Part shown: one piece after another, positions 22,119 to 37,898 of the stretch
Layout: every line of letters begins with the position of its first letter
Numbering within the stretch: the first letter of the stretch is position 1
DNA from: Chrysomallon squamiferum
Lineage: Eukaryota > Animalia > Mollusca
DNA: 64,000 nt
Reading direction: 5' to 3'
NCBI GenBank assembly: GCA_012295275.1
Contig: CM022672.1
Coordinates: 27,342,001 to 27,406,000 of the forward strand
Made by a program: the position numbers and the translations under genes
The notes under the pieces: model-generated
Told to the model about the DNA's origin: nothing
Seen by the model: the letters and a program-made list of their open reading frames with translations, nothing else
Databases searched by the model: none

Positions 22119-23607
22119 TAAAAATGCATGTATAAATAAATAATTAAATAAATAATAACAAAACATAACATAAATACATTAAGAATACATTTAGGCTTTT
22201 TTTCACCCCAATTTCGCCAAAGGTACATTTTATACACAAACAAAATCATTTATTACTTTCCCACAATCCTTGAACTTAAGTTCACTAATTAGAAAAATTG
22301 TACCAGCAAGCGCATGTTACGAAAGTATGTTATTATTGTTTCATTCTCACTTTGCAAGTCAGGTTTGAAACTTTTGACAAAAGCTGCAATAAAGAAGACT
22401 CAGTATGAAGTTTTGGTCATAAAAGTGACAACGCTGAATGCTTTGTTTCTTCTTCGCAAAGATCATGCTGGAATGACCCGTCTTTTCTGATCGACCATTG
22501 TAATGATGTTGTTAATTCCATAATCAGTCAAAATTAATACAGTTAACTGCTAAAGTTAATGTTTCAGCTATTCTTTAGGTTATTTGTGTCATGTCTCAAG
22601 CAGTTTTCCTGGCAAAAATAATTATGTCAATGCATTCTGAAGTAATGACGTCGTAAATTACGAAAATGTTTACCAAAAGGCTTGTCTGTTAAGGGACGTA
22701 ATAACGAGTGACTTCCGGTTACACAATACCACACAAAAAATCCATTGACGTACGTCTAACCGTTAAGAGTTGAATTGTTTATAAACGTCATATGAAGCAT
22801 GAAATCGAAGACGAATAGTTATACTGGCATTACCAAAAGTAACTCAACAAGTAGAGAATCCTTGAAAGGAGTACGTGCTTGTTTACGCGTGCCTCAATAT
22901 CGTCAAGTGTGTGTGGGCGGGTATATATCTATGTTCTTATCAGTGTGCATACATGCGTGAATCGTTTTCGTTTTTAAATGAAAATGAAAAACTAATATAT
23001 AATCTTTTTAGAAAGATAGAAAAACACATACTCCAAACTAAAGGATGGAAAAATTAATAAATAATTATTCCAAAAATCAGTTCTATCAGAATCTATGATT
23101 TTGTTTTATTTATTTTATTTCTGTTTGTTTATTTGTTGGTTTGTTTTGATATCTTTTCCAGATAAGAATGTTTACAGCGCATCTTATTTTTTGAATTACT
23201 CCATAATCTTTGCATATTCGAAATAAACCTAAGTTTATAATGAAGTAATGTGTGTGCGTGCATATGTATGTGCGTGCATATATATATTTATTTATATTTT
23301 ACTATTTATTTAATTTTATTATTTCCTTTCTGATAAATTCTACTGTCTTCTTGACAATGTTTTGTGTAGAAAATATGATGCAGAATTGTTTTGTTTTTTT
23401 ATACGAACGCACTTTTATTATGCCAACAAATATAAAATTTAACATTTGAAAACGAAAATTCCACCAAGATGTTTTAAAAATAAGATTATATATTGATATC
23501 ATACGAAACTGATGTAGAGTTACAACTAATGTACCTTTTTAATTATTTACGTATTATTTATATTGTTGCTGTAATTGTTGTGGATATTGTTGGGTTGTTA
23601 TTATTGC

Positions 23608-23691
<84 letters not shown>

Positions 23692-24654
23692 AAGAATCAG
23701 AAGAAGTAAATAATATAATGGAAATAACTTCCACCACAATTTTATAACTTATTTTTTCTTTTCTGTTTTTCTCATTTCAAATGCTTTTCATTACTATTAT
23801 TTGGTATTATTATTATTATTATTATTATTTATTATTATTATTATTATTATTATTTGGCTATTGATTTCTTTTTTTAAGACCCCTTTTTATTAGTAGTTCA
23901 GTTGTTATTACTCCTTTCTTTAGCTGTAGTACAAAAAGTGGTATGCTTTCTTCATTATTATTTCGTGTTTTTCTTAGAATGTTTATTTGTATGAGGACTT
24001 ATGAAAATACATTATTTGTATGACTTACTGCTTGTTTTGTTATTGGTTTGTTTGTTGTTTTTTCTTCGATTGTATCTCCGGCAACTTTTCTGTTTATGGT
24101 TTCCTTGCCTATTTACGACAGTGACGTATATCCGATTTTGACATCACAAACAAGTAAATCAACAGCGCTGATCTCTGAAAATGCGACCAGACTTGAAAAG
24201 CCACAAATGTTTATTGGTGTTGTAAATGTGACATCTATTGTTGGACTGTTCACACTGACCTGTTTGCTCAGTCCCAACACTGAAATCTTTTCTGTTATGA
24301 AGTGATTTGCGTCGTAAATCTATTCACTTCCGGCAGTGAATGTGGTCCATGTCTAATGTCGTGTAGTTCGGCTGAAAAGAAACGTTTTGTTGTGAAATGA
24401 TTGGTGCTGAATGGACACAGGCTCGTAATCCGCGAATCCGCGCTGGGCAGTGGCGATCACGCGTGATTACCTCGCACGAATCACACAGAAAACGTTACGT
24501 GTGAATCTTAACCACATCACTTACGTACGTTGTAAACAATGAGGGACTTAGTCGATCGCCCGGTCTTACTCTCTCCTACAGTAGTATGGTACATCATAAA
24601 ATTCTGAAGGAATTATTTTTTAATTTGTCTTTTGTGGTCTACATTTTCACGTGA

Positions 24655-24701
<47 letters not shown>

Positions 24702-25407
24702 CTGTGTGTCTGTGTGTGTGTATAAAGATACGGATGTATTTTCATTTGTATCCTGAAGGATACTATCCATTATCTGAAATAAATTATGATAAGGTAGGAG
24801 AATAATTCTTCATGATGATAGCAAAATTCCAGATTAACTAATATAAATAAATGAACAAAAGAAAACAGTAACTTCAGTCAGTAGTTACAGAGGAAAGGCT
24901 TTGAATTTAATAATCATAAAGTATTAATCTGTTTTGCTTACAACTTGGATTTTATTCATGCGTCATATGATTAATAATGTTAAAGTTTTATATGTACATG
25001 TATGTATGTATGTGTGTGTCTGTGTATATGTTTCTATATGTGTGCGCGTGTGTGTGAATAGATAGATAGATAGACAGATAGATAGATAGACAGACAAATG
25101 ACAGATAGATTATAATTATTAAACATGTTGTTTTTTTTTTTTTTTTTTTTTAAAAAACAGTGTGAAAGAAATAAAATAAATAAAGGTTTAATATTTATTA
25201 TGTTGTTCCACTTCATCCTTTATTCGCTTGTGAAGATATATTATATTTTTATATGTATATTTTTGTATGTTTGTACGAACGTATATTGGACAGATAGATG
25301 GACAGAACTATTAACAGATGTACGGATGTGCATTTATTGTAGTATATATGAATATATGTGGAATATATGAATATATAGATGAATAAATAGATGGATGGAT
25401 AAATGTT

Positions 25408-25446
<39 letters not shown>

Positions 25447-25491
25447 ATATGTTTATTTAATACATGAAGGTCAGAGAGAGACTGACATACG

Positions 25492-25589
<98 letters not shown>

Positions 25590-26266
25590 AAGACAATGCA
25601 TAGTATAATTGAATATTCATTGATAAAGAAATTTCACTAAATCTTCCTGAGGGTGAAACCAGCATTACTCTTTTTAATCTTAAATATATATCACCTGCTG
25701 ACACTGACGTCACTAAAGTCGAGATAAGGAACCGCCCTGCAAAAGCTACTTCACCTCTACGTTGCCGTGCGGGTCTGTGTGGCAAAGGCCAACAAGTGGT
25801 GACGTTTGATTAAAATCACTTCCAAGAATGTGAGAAATTTTCACTGTGAGAAAAACTGGAAACGCTGTAACATCACATCTTCTCCGTGTATTATGTAACT
25901 CGTGTGTTTATTTTTGTCAGCAAATCTGAGCCGGAAAGGGGTCTATAGTTCAATGGCAGCTTGCTGATTTGGCACATGAGCGGTCGCAGGCTCGAACCGC
26001 CACAGTGCTACCATTGCTACCGTTTCCAGATAATGGATTATCAAAATCCACGATTTGCGATTTTCCTGTTTACAGGAAGATACATATAATCCGTAACTGT
26101 AGCCCAAGCAATCTCTTGCTAGTACTGATTATATGTATCTTTTTTCTATGTCACGTGATCAGGTCACGCGCATGTTGTTCAGAATATCCTTGTGGGTGCT
26201 TTCTCTGATGACTGTCTTGGTTCAGTTACATTAAGTTAGATGTTAAACATATTGCATCGCTATTCA

Positions 26267-26302
<36 letters not shown>

Positions 26303-26488
26303 GAAAAGAAGAAGAAGGAAAAAAAAGTAAGAAAGAAAGAAATAATACATACTAGATTAAGATAAAAACTGTTTTGTGTTAGACTCCTCGACAAAGACAT
26401 ACACGCACATACCCACACATACGTACACATGCAAACTTAAGACATATATTATTGTACAGACGCTATATACATGTACACGTATCCACAG

Positions 26489-26533
<45 letters not shown>

Positions 26534-27127
26534 ACCATATATATGAAAACAAACGCAAATAAACTTTAATAATTAAAATGAAATACTGCCTTAAATTTTG
26601 AAGAAAAAAAAGAAGAAGAACATGACCGCCGACTTCTTTCAGCGTGTATGTCTGTATTTTAGCACGACTGTGTCAAAAAAAAAAAAAAAAAAAAAAAAAA
26701 AAAGCCACAAATGTCTTACAGCATATCGTATTTGGCCTCGGGTTAATCTTGTGTGTTTGACACGGGTGACACTTAGAGTCTGCGTTTGACAAGTTTGTCT
26801 CGATTTGTGCACATGTGATGTGACCACTGCTACGGAGACTTTGAGATAAACTGCCTGCCTCGACACCGGCTTATCGTGTTGAGTCAAACTTGTGACTCGC
26901 AGATAACGTACACTTTCAAACATGTGTTCAGTTTGGTCTCAGTTAGATACAGGGTTTGAATTTTTCAAATATCTTCCCATAAAAATGAACAATCTCTTCT
27001 ATTTTTTTTCTTTTTTTTCTTTTTTTCTTTTTCTGTTAAGATGTAGATACAAGCGGGTTTCATTGCAAAATTTAAAAATTTGAAACCATCTCAAGCATAA
27101 CATTACTCACGAAAGAAATAAAGATGT

Positions 27128-27226
<99 letters not shown>

Positions 27227-27749
27227 ATCTCTTTTTGTCTAGGCTATAATTTAAACTCATTCCCTCATTTATAGAACAATTTTCGTATTTTTTGTCTACA
27301 TATAATAACAGTCTTCTCAGCCAATTTGAAAAAAAATAGAATTCTGTATTTGTTTTTAAAAAACATTTTTTTTTTATGTTGTAAAAACAACGAATTATGA
27401 ATGAACTGCCTGAAAGATATGGATGTATGTTTATTATAACTCTAAAACTCTGAAATTAATAAAAAGAGCTTCTAAAGATCTCACTTTACCCAAGATATAT
27501 AAGCATTTCGATATCTTTTAACATGCTCTGAACTCAGGTTAGATAAAAGTGTAATGATAAAACAGAGTGATATTCAAAACACATGTATATCTATTACTTT
27601 ATTTATATAATTCGAAATGAAAAAACAACAACAAACGAAACACCTTTATATATAGCGCATGAAACTTTTAATAATTCACGACTCTGTGTATTTTGTGTAG
27701 TTTGTTCTTCACTTCTAAACGCAAAACAGATTTTACGGCTGTTGATCAG

Positions 27750-27910
27750 TTGCCAAGTATTCGCCTGATGTGTGATGGGACACGTGTTCAGTTCCTGGTT
27801 TGTATAAATTTTACATATTATTCTGTGCTGTACAGAAGGTTGTAGTATGTGCTATCCTACCCCGGGGATTCAGAAAAAAGTATCCTTGCTGCTTATAACC
27901 CGCAGTAGCA
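27750..27910 (+). mobile_element. Degraded SINE fragment with MetaSINE-like core
   Basis: TTCGCCTGATG...GTATGTGCTATCCT...AAAAAGTATCCTTGCTGCT resembles the Meta-domain core of molluscan/metazoan SINEs as recalled. Confidence 0.42.
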
Positions 27911-28627
27911 TCGTACGATTTTTTTCTGTGAGATTATCATTTAGAGAAAGTAATTAATTATGACTGACAATATAAGCGATAATAATTAACATTCATTGCA
28001 GATTTGATAAACAACTGTTAATTAATTGGTTGGTTGCATTATTCATAATTAATTTGTTTGCGTTTTTTTTTTTTTTTCATCTAAATTATTCAAAAAGGTT
28101 AACTTCGTCATTAGCCTTCTAATCTGTTCTTAAATCGTATTTGAAAATTGTTCCTGGCAACTACTGAATTTTTGTAACGCCCGAGTTAGGTCGAAACACT
28201 TCACTCACGATACAAATTTCTTTTTTTATAAAATATTAATTTTTATTGACGTAACCGTTCGCTGTTGGTGTTTGTTTCGGTTTTTGCCGTCGCTTTGATT
28301 GATCAAATATTTATTCACATTTCTCCGTGTTTACAATTATAACTGGCGGTCATTTTTGTCATGGGAACTGATGAAGGCAAGAGTTTCAGCGTCCTATGAA
28401 ATGCTATCTTCAAACACCACGATAAAACTAACAACTCCTTCTACCAAGTTCACACGAGAAATAGGAAGTAGGGGAGTTGGAGAGAAACGGGTCATCAAAA
28501 ATGTATCAGAAAAAGAAGAAGAAATTAAAAATTGAAAAATGTACTCATGTCGATTTTGGTATCATTGTATTATATAAGTAATTGTTTTTCAGATGTAAAT
28601 AAATTATATGGAAATTAATGGTAAGTT

Positions 28628-28658
<31 letters not shown>

Positions 28659-28714
28659 TTTGTTTGTTTATATATTTATATATTTAATTTAACTTCTATT
28701 ACTATTATAACTGT

Positions 28715-28745
<31 letters not shown>

Positions 28746-28967
28746 GCTGTTGCTGCTGCTGCTACAACAACTACTACTAATAATACAGCTACTGTTACTT
28801 CCACCATTCCTTTTGATGCTTTCGTCATAATTTTTTTCTCTTTCTTTCTTTTTTCTTTTTCCTTTTCCTTTTTATTTAAACATTTATTATTATTATTATT
28901 TTTATTATTATTATTATTATTATTATCATAAAATTATAAAGAATAAAGGATAAGAGTTTAACAAAGA

Positions 28968-29022
<55 letters not shown>

Positions 29023-29741
29023 TATGTGTGTGTGTGTGCATATGTTGTGCATGTGTATGTGTGTGTGTGTCTGTCTGTCTGTACATACATACATACATTA
29101 AAATATATCTGTCGAATGTCACAAGATGTTAATTTTGACTGGTATTTCAGTTTTCTGGATTTATATTAAATATAAAATACGTATCTTTGAAAAATCTTTC
29201 AAACAGTACATAGTTATATACGTATGTATGTATGTATATTGTATATTGTATTATAAATAAAAATGAAGATTTTGGAAATTATATTCTAATCAGTTATCAC
29301 GGCTACTAGAACAAATAGTAAAATAAAATAAAAATAAATCTGAATGTAATAATACAAATACGGTTCTCTTACCTCGTTGGTTCAGCTCAGTACAACATTC
29401 ACCATTCACTAAGTTGTTGCTAATTTTCAGTGCCGAATTAATATGTCAAAACAAGTTTGTTTGCTTTTTTATGATTCTACTTAGAACGAAGTGAGTAGTT
29501 TCCGTGTCTCAGTAATTATGTTTGTTATTAGCGAAATCTGAATTAAAAAAGGATATTTGACTTAGCAAAATTTCGTATTTTGGATGGGTGAAGGCGTAAG
29601 TATTATTTCTGCTTATGTGAAAAATAAATTAATAAATAAATAATGTTCTTTATTTTTTATAATTGTGAAGGATAATTCATTATAATAGTATTTTCTTATT
29701 TTCCTTTTTATATAAAATATCTGTATTTTTTTAGGCATTAA

Positions 29742-29777
<36 letters not shown>

Positions 29778-30023
29778 TAATAAATAAATAAATATATTCT
29801 AAAATGGGCATTAAAAAGATACATTACAACAGAAAAAACTAATACAAAATTTTAATATTAAAATTAATGGAGAACTGTTTTATTTATTTATTTTTTTTTT
29901 TTCTAAATAAACAACTGTATAATTCATGAATTTAAAATACATATGATACATAAATGTACTTTTATTTATAATACATGACTACGCTGTTGTAACTGTTATC
30001 GATTTTTCTATTGTTATTATTAC

Positions 30024-30080
<57 letters not shown>

Positions 30081-31499
30081 CATTGTTTATTTATTTAATT
30101 AATTTATTTATTCATTTATTCATTCATTCATTCATTCACTCTTGATAAACTGCTTTAATCAGATACAGTTTCAAACATCTCTCCTACAAAAGCACACCTT
30201 TTATTGCCGTCTTGGCGTCCATGGAAGTTTATCATCTTTACAGACATATTTCCAGCTTGGTGTTTTTATAGGAACATGACTGCAGCACGACACGTTTCAC
30301 ACGGGCTCACTCTGAAACATTTCTCTTTGGTCCTCCTGTCACTTACGGCACCGTCATGTCGAGACATTGTCGACAAACCGCAAAATATCTTTGTTATCTT
30401 TAGCTGATTGATTTTCTCCTTATTTATTTATTCTCACCCCCGAAAGAAAAAAAAAAGAAAAAAATAAATAAATAAAATAATAATCGCATAACCTGCATGA
30501 TATGATATATATATATATAAAATATAAAAACAAAAACAAAAATGTTAGAAAGTATAAATAGGACATTTTAAGAAAAAGAAAAAAGAAGGAATGTCTGGTT
30601 AACACGCGGAATGAAGAGTTCAGCAAGATTTGTTATGTGTTAAGAAGAAGTTTTGGCGATTATAGTATATGTATGTAGTAGTAGTGGTAGTAGTAATAGT
30701 GGTAGCAGCAGCATCAGTAATTGTAGTTATACTAATAGTAATAGTAATAGCAGTAATAATAATAGTAGTAATAATAGCAGTAGTATTAATACTAGTTGTA
30801 GCAGTAGTAATAGAGGTAATAATAATAGTAGTGGTAGCAACAGCAGCTGCATTATTGTAGAATTTAATTAATTATTTTTTATATTTATTTATTTTTGTTT
30901 TGTTTTTTGTTGTTGTTTTTTTTTCATTTATTCATTTATTTAGTCACATCTGTTTATTTACTATGTATTCATATTTATTTATTTCCTTCGTGTCAATGTT
31001 GAATATAGAATTTAAACAGCATCGCCTTTTTATTATCACTGTCATGTCTGCGCTAGTCAAATCTTACATCATTTACGTATGCAGCTATTTCAGAAAACAA
31101 CAAACAAACAAAAAATCCAGTTAGGTGGTGATTTATTCATAAACTGTATAATATTATTATATTATCTGATAAAGACCTTTTCAAATATTAAAATATATTT
31201 ATACTCTGTGACATGCGTGTCAAACGACTTACCATAATAAACAGACGGGTAGGTAGTCAGTATGTGACTGTATGCGGTATTTGTCTGGGTAAATAAAATA
31301 AACAAAACTGTAAGCATACCGCTGACACACAGAGTCTGTCTGTAATAGATCTTTGAAATTTACCGATAACATTCAAAACGATGTATAAATAGATTTAAAA
31401 TTGAAAGTGTCATTTTTATAATATCTGTAATTAATAGATTTCTTTTGCTATTTTATTTTCTTGCGTGTATTCAAATTTTAATTCACCTTTTGTATATAA

Positions 31500-32100
31500 G
31501 TGCTGAAAAGGAAAGAGTATAAATATACTGAGATATAAAAAAAATGTATATATAATGAAAACTAAATAATGAGAATAGAAAAGTTAGAAAAAGAAAATAA
31601 CTAGACTGTAAAATATAGCAAAACAAAATAATGAGAGAAAAAGAGAAAAGGAAGCAAAAATAACAAGAGAAAAAAGAAAGAAGAAAAATGAGAGTAAGAA
31701 AGAAGAAATGAAAGAAAGAATATAGATGAGAACAAATGAAAAAGAAGATTAGAAAAAAGTAATGAACAAATAAACAACAGAAAGAAGAAACAGGAACGAA
31801 CAAATGAAACCATGAAAGAAAAAGACATTAACGAACGAAAGAAAAATCGACAGGAAAGAACAATCAACGAACGAAAGAAAAAAAGACTGAAACGAAAGAA
31901 AGAAAGAAGACAGGGCTGAACGAACGAAAGAAATAACACTGGAACAAACGAAAGAAAGAAAGAAGACAGGAAGTACGGGAACGTAGGAAAGAAAGAAGAA
32001 GGGAACGAACGAAAGAAAGAAGAAGGGAACAAACGAAAGAAAGAAGACAGGAACGAACGAAATAAGATCGGAATGAAGGAAGGAAAGAAGGAAACAACCT
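31500..32100 (+). repeat. Purine-rich degenerate repeat (units like GAACGAAAGAAAGAAGA(C)AGG)
   Basis: Strong A/G strand bias with recurring ~24-bp units at 31790-32060. Confidence 0.75.
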
Positions 32101-32879
32101 GTTGCACAGGGCAGTGAGGAGAACACGGTGAACTAATCTTCGTGTGAAGCAATGCCAAAGGTCAGACAGTTCTTGAGAAAAAACTCGCTCTGCTCGGCAA
32201 AGAATCTGATGGAATCTTGTTTTAGTTTAGATTACTGGGAACAAAGCACTAATACATAACAGTTTAGTCGTGTTTAATGTTGTTGTGAGGCAGAAAAGAG
32301 CGACACTTTCATTGTGGATTGTTCCTAATCGAGTATCGCGTTTTGATAAGATGAAAAAAAAATAAAAAATGTTTGACTGCAGTCGCGGCATTTAGCTCAC
32401 TGTATGTAGTTGTTTCTTTTATTTCTCATCAAAAGGGAGTGAAGAAAAAAAAAACTGACTCGTATGTTGTCTGACAACCACACCCCAGCATATAAAGATA
32501 TGGATCAGTCGGGTCGCCAATTTATTTCTAATTTAGAAAAATTCGGATCACTGACGGCAGAACAGTTTGAGTAAACTAAAAGAATGTCTTGTTTACGAAG
32601 TAAAAAATAAAAGAAGAAATAAATGAAATAAAATTTTTAAAAAGAGAAGAAAAAATAAAGAAGGCTGGTGTGAATGGAGGAGTTTAGAACAAGTAAACAG
32701 TGAGATGGATGTATGAAACAGACAGACATGAAAGGAAGGATGGATGGATGGATGGATGAACAGATGAATGAATTCATGGTCGAAAAAACTATCTGAAATG
32801 TGGATGGATAAAGACATTTAAAGATATATACCATTATACATGTTCAAAAATATTTGTGTGTGTGTGTGTGTGTGTGTGT

Positions 32880-32911
<32 letters not shown>

Positions 32912-33274
32912 CCGGCTCTACGTTTCATGTATTTCCCATCATGCTCTAATATATATTTTGGTTATTGATTTATCATCTGATTCAAATAATTATTTGTTTG
33001 TTTGTTTGTATTTATTTTCTTTTTTGTTTTTTTCACACGAGAAAAAAAAAAAAAAAAAAAAAGTATCGTCCAGTCTGACCGGAACAGATTAATTTCACGT
33101 TATCGAGAACAAGTGGCCTATCCGTAACTGATCTCCATGGCGACATGCAGCGGTTGTCTAGGCAACCTTGACCAACAGTTAGCGACGTGTCACACTACAT
33201 CAGCGACAGATGAAGAACTCGCCTGGGAGAAATGTTAAATGTTCGAAATGGTAACATTATATCTGTTTTACACG

Positions 33275-34060
33275 TGCACATAATTTTATTAACTTAACAG
33301 ACAGCTCAAAAGTTAGATATGTATATCAGTATTATTTAGAACTAATCTTTTATCTGAAATAATAAGTAAATTGTTTTTGTTTTTTTACACGGAACATTGT
33401 TAACGTTACACATATATCACAGTTTTAGAGGTATAAATGTCTGTATGCATAAACATGTATGTGAGTAAAATTTAGAATTAATCTTTTATCTCATATATTA
33501 GATATTACACATGTCATTATTTATTTATTTATTTTATTTTATTTCATTTTTTTTTTTTATTTTTTTACGCATAATTTTATTACCTTAACAGAGTTTTAGA
33601 AGTATAAATCTACATAAATATGAGTAATCATAAGAAATAATCTTTTATCTGAAATAATAAATATTACACGTGACATTAATATAAGACATAATTTTACTAA
33701 CGTAACAGATGTAACAGATATATATATATATATATGTTTGAGAAATAATTAGAATTAATCTTTTATCTGAAATAATAAATATTACCCATGATATTAATTA
33801 TTATTATTATAAGATATAATTTTACTAAATTTATTGTTTTAGAAATATAAATGTCTGTAATGGGTACATATGTGTATCAGTTACAATCGGAAATAATCTT
33901 TTATCTGAAATAAAAAGTACTATACTTGACATTAATTATATTTTACACATGATTTTTATTATTAAATAAAAAGATATAACGTGGTTTTAGAAGTATAAAT
34001 GTCTCTATACATAACTCTGTATATTTAGAATTAATATTTTATCTGGAATAATAATTACTG
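33275..34060 (+). repeat. Degenerate minisatellite, about 6 units of 120-160 bp
   Basis: Recurring TAATCTTTTATCTGAAATAATAA-like motif near 33344, 33480, 33638, 33757, 33895 and 34033, with GTTTTAGAAGTATAAATG-like motifs between. Confidence 0.8.
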
Positions 34061-34582
34061 TGCTTTATAATATTCTCTGTTATAATATTCGTTGTACACA
34101 TTATATTTTAAAACTGTTTGACAGGGTTAAATATCTGGACATGAACACATTTATATATAAGTATTATAAACAATTAATCATTTTATTATTATTATTATTA
34201 TTTTTTATTTTGTTTACGTTTCTGAGAGAGACAGTTTCTACGTCAGTGTTCGAATAGTCATTTATTTCTACTTATCTCACCGTCACACTACTAAGAAGGA
34301 TTTCCCAAAATAAATAAAAATATTTTTTGAAAATTACAAAAAAGAAAGAAAGAAAGAAAGAAAGAAAGAAAAAAGAGACTACAAAGAAGAAGACGAGAAA
34401 AACACGTGACAAACATGTTTTTACATTTAAAACTGTGTTTATAGTCCTACTCACATAGTCATAATTATGGTGAGAAGAAGGAATACATGTTTAAAGGTTG
34501 AAAACCTATTTTAACGGAATATTTGAATTTATTGTTCTTATTGTTATCGTTATCGTTATCAATATTATTATTATTATTATTA

Positions 34583-34659
<77 letters not shown>

Positions 34660-36922
34660 TTACTACTGGAATTGAAAGATTTTCTGCTGTTCATTTAAAA
34701 CCACCTCACTTTAATGAATGATGAATGAATAAATCATTTATCTATGACTGTAATCTACAGGTTAATCATTTTTTTCTTTCATTTTACCTGTTTTCTTCTC
34801 TCTGAATATTCTACACAAAGTTTTAAATTAAAAAAAGTGTTTTCTATTTTTAAAAAAGAGCAGTAGTTTAATTATAAAATACCAGAATAGTGGTGCGAAA
34901 TATAATATCTTTATTCTGTCGGACACTGAAGTCACTTTGTGAAAATTAATTTTAGAAATCCATTGTTTGTTTCTTTGTCGTTCACTAAAATGTATTTATC
35001 TTAAAGGTAATGTGATTAAAAAGCTGTAAAATCAAAAATATAGATTTAATAACAACAACAAAATATTAACCATCACACATCATACACAGATTCATTTATC
35101 TTAAAATGTATTATAAAGTGAATTACAAAAATTAATTTATTGTAACTGGAATAACAAACGTTGGTTAAAATGTATATACTAATCATCGTAAAGTATATAT
35201 TAGTTTGTTTGTTTTTTTTTTTTTTCTCAGTGTAAAGGATCTTGACGTTTTGTCTAGCAGGTATTAATATTCCGCAGACGTCTCTTTTCTAACAAAAGCT
35301 CCTCCCACATTTACCACTTGATTACCACTTGATGGTTTCTCTGCAAACAGAATCGTCCACACGCTAAGTCGTTTCGTTGTACTGATGTTCTTTCCTTTTC
35401 CCTCTTTTCTTTTTTATTTTCATTTTCTTTTCTTTTTTAAATTATTATTATTGTTAATAATTTAAAAAGAGAAACAGATTATAAATAATACATAAATATT
35501 TCAAAAATTAAAAACGAATTATAAATTTGAATTTGATTAGTTGGCTTTTATCTGTTTTTTACGCTTTCGCGTACAGTACGAGAATGTCACCTGTCACTCA
35601 CTGTGATTTGTACACGCCTCCCGCCCACACTCTGGAAGTGGTAAAAGGTCTGTGTTGTGATGTCTGTGTAGAACAGATTATGTCCAACAGCAGACTGAGA
35701 TGTAGTTCACTGCGACAGATTCTGATCGTCACATAGTGGTTTGTGGGATCAAATATCAACAACAGAATTTCAACTTTTTCTTGTTCCGGTCGCCATTACA
35801 TTACTGATGTAGAAATCTAATGTGTATGAGGTGTGTGTCGTATGTCTGTGTATGTTTTTGGGATGTCTGTGTTTGCTTATCTGTTTATATGTGAATACGT
35901 TTACAAAACGTGTAATGATAAAGAAAAAAAAAAAAAAATCCAAAATCAAGCAACTACACCATATAAATATATAAATAAAGAAATCGACTGATAATTAATT
36001 CATTTATTTATTTACTATTGTATAAAATGTAATTTAAAAAATTGATAATGACGTTTATCAACTTTTTATACATATTTTCAAAAGCATACTGGTAAGCAAT
36101 CCATGATTAATATGTTGTAAGCTACATGTCTATGGTATCATGAAGCCCCAAATAACATATTCAAAAGGAAAAAAAGTTACAGAAAGATAAAGAAATGCCC
36201 AGTAACTCTATCAGTAAAACCCGTGCGTTAAAATGAAGATGGTTTTAGATGAGTTTATTAAAAAAATATATCCGCTAACTTTTGCTAACTTTTGAAATCA
36301 TTGGTTCTCCTGCTTGTTCAGCTCTTTAGCCCACGACAACACAGACACGAAAAAAACTCAGTGCAGGTTATAACGGGGTAGGGGGGAGAAGAAGCAGAAA
36401 AAGTAGCTCACTGGGTTGCGAAAAGATCAGACATGCACTCGCTCGTTCCATTAACAAGCAGACGACAAGCCCGACGTTGCGCATTCCGTGCGGCGATTGC
36501 GGCTGCACATGCATGCGTATTAATTTTGACAGCTGGAGTATAATGACACATATTATAACACACATCCCTTTTCAACAAAATCGACCGTCCATGTGTGACA
36601 ATAACGCAAAATTTGTGGCATATTCCATTTTTTTTAAAGGAGTGAGGGATGTTAAAAAGTTTAGAACATTGAGCATCAGATATCATCATGAGTATAACAT
36701 TTTAGCTGGTGAATGAAATTCATTGCTGAATAATGTAACTAGCATGATAAAGTATATTATTAAAATAATATAACTTGTTGATTGAGAGTTTAAATTAGGC
36801 TGAAACATAATTATTATTGTCACAGACTTAAATCAGCACATGAATATTAATCTTAATTCTGATCAGAATTAACGGTGACGATCATATTTGTTTAGTTTAT
36901 GATATTTAACAACAACAACAAC

Positions 36923-37244
36923 AAGAAGACGAAGAAGAAGAAGAATTCTCGAAATCGGCTTAACACACCGCAAAGTAGCATTGATACCGTTCCATCCGGT
37001 TTCTTTTTTTTTTTTTTTTTTTTTGAATGTTGCTTTGTTGTTGTTGTTGTTGTTATAATAGCTCGTATCTTTTTAAAATTTTCATTACATGTAACAAGTT
37101 TAATTGCTGCTATTTTTACTCCTGCTGTTTCCACTATAACAGATACTATTGCTGCTACTGATGCTACTGGTACTACTACTACTACTACTGCTGCTGCTGC
37201 TACTACTACCACTATTATTATTATTACATCATATACTAGTATGA
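36923..37244 (+). repeat. Dispersed repeat copy A (internally deleted relative to copy B)
   Basis: GAATTCTCGAAATCGGCTTAAC...CTAGTATGA nearly identical to 55718-56229. Confidence 0.9.
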
Positions 37245-37764
37245 AAAGAAAAAAAACAGTTTGATATTACATTCACAACAATAATTATTCAAATGAAATA
37301 ACAATGACGTCACTGTTATTATTATTATAAAATACCAGTGACGTCATAAAACAATAACGATAATCACTGACATTCCACGATTATCAACTAACGCATTAAA
37401 CAGAATACTGACCACAACGGATTTCACGTGTGAATATTTTTCGTGTCTCGCTATCACTCGACAATGAAACCAGGGTTTTGTTTGTTTCGAGTCAACACAA
37501 TTACCTTGCACTGTATAACAATCGGCTTGTTTCTGTTTATCTGTTCATTACAGAGGTATCGCTAACTTTAAGCTCTGCAAACTGTGTTAATGAAACACTG
37601 GCAAGTTTTGTAAGTAAAACGGACCCCAGCAACTGATGTTTGGCTGTGAATTTTTCGGGTTGTAATTTGACAGAAAATAATAATAATAATAACTCAGTTG
37701 CATTAATTGTGCATAGATAAATCTAAAGACATCGATAGATTTAATGTAATGTAATAAATAATGA

Positions 37765-37898
37765 TATATGATATGAAATGAAATGGTATGGTATGATATG
37801 ATATGATATGATATGGCATGGCATGGCATGGCATGGTATGGTATGGTATGGTATGGTATGGTATGGTATGGTATGGTATGGTATGGTATGGTATGGTA
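37765..37898 (+). repeat. Compound pentanucleotide microsatellite (ATATG/GCATG/GTATG)n
   Basis: Directly visible. Confidence 0.93.
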
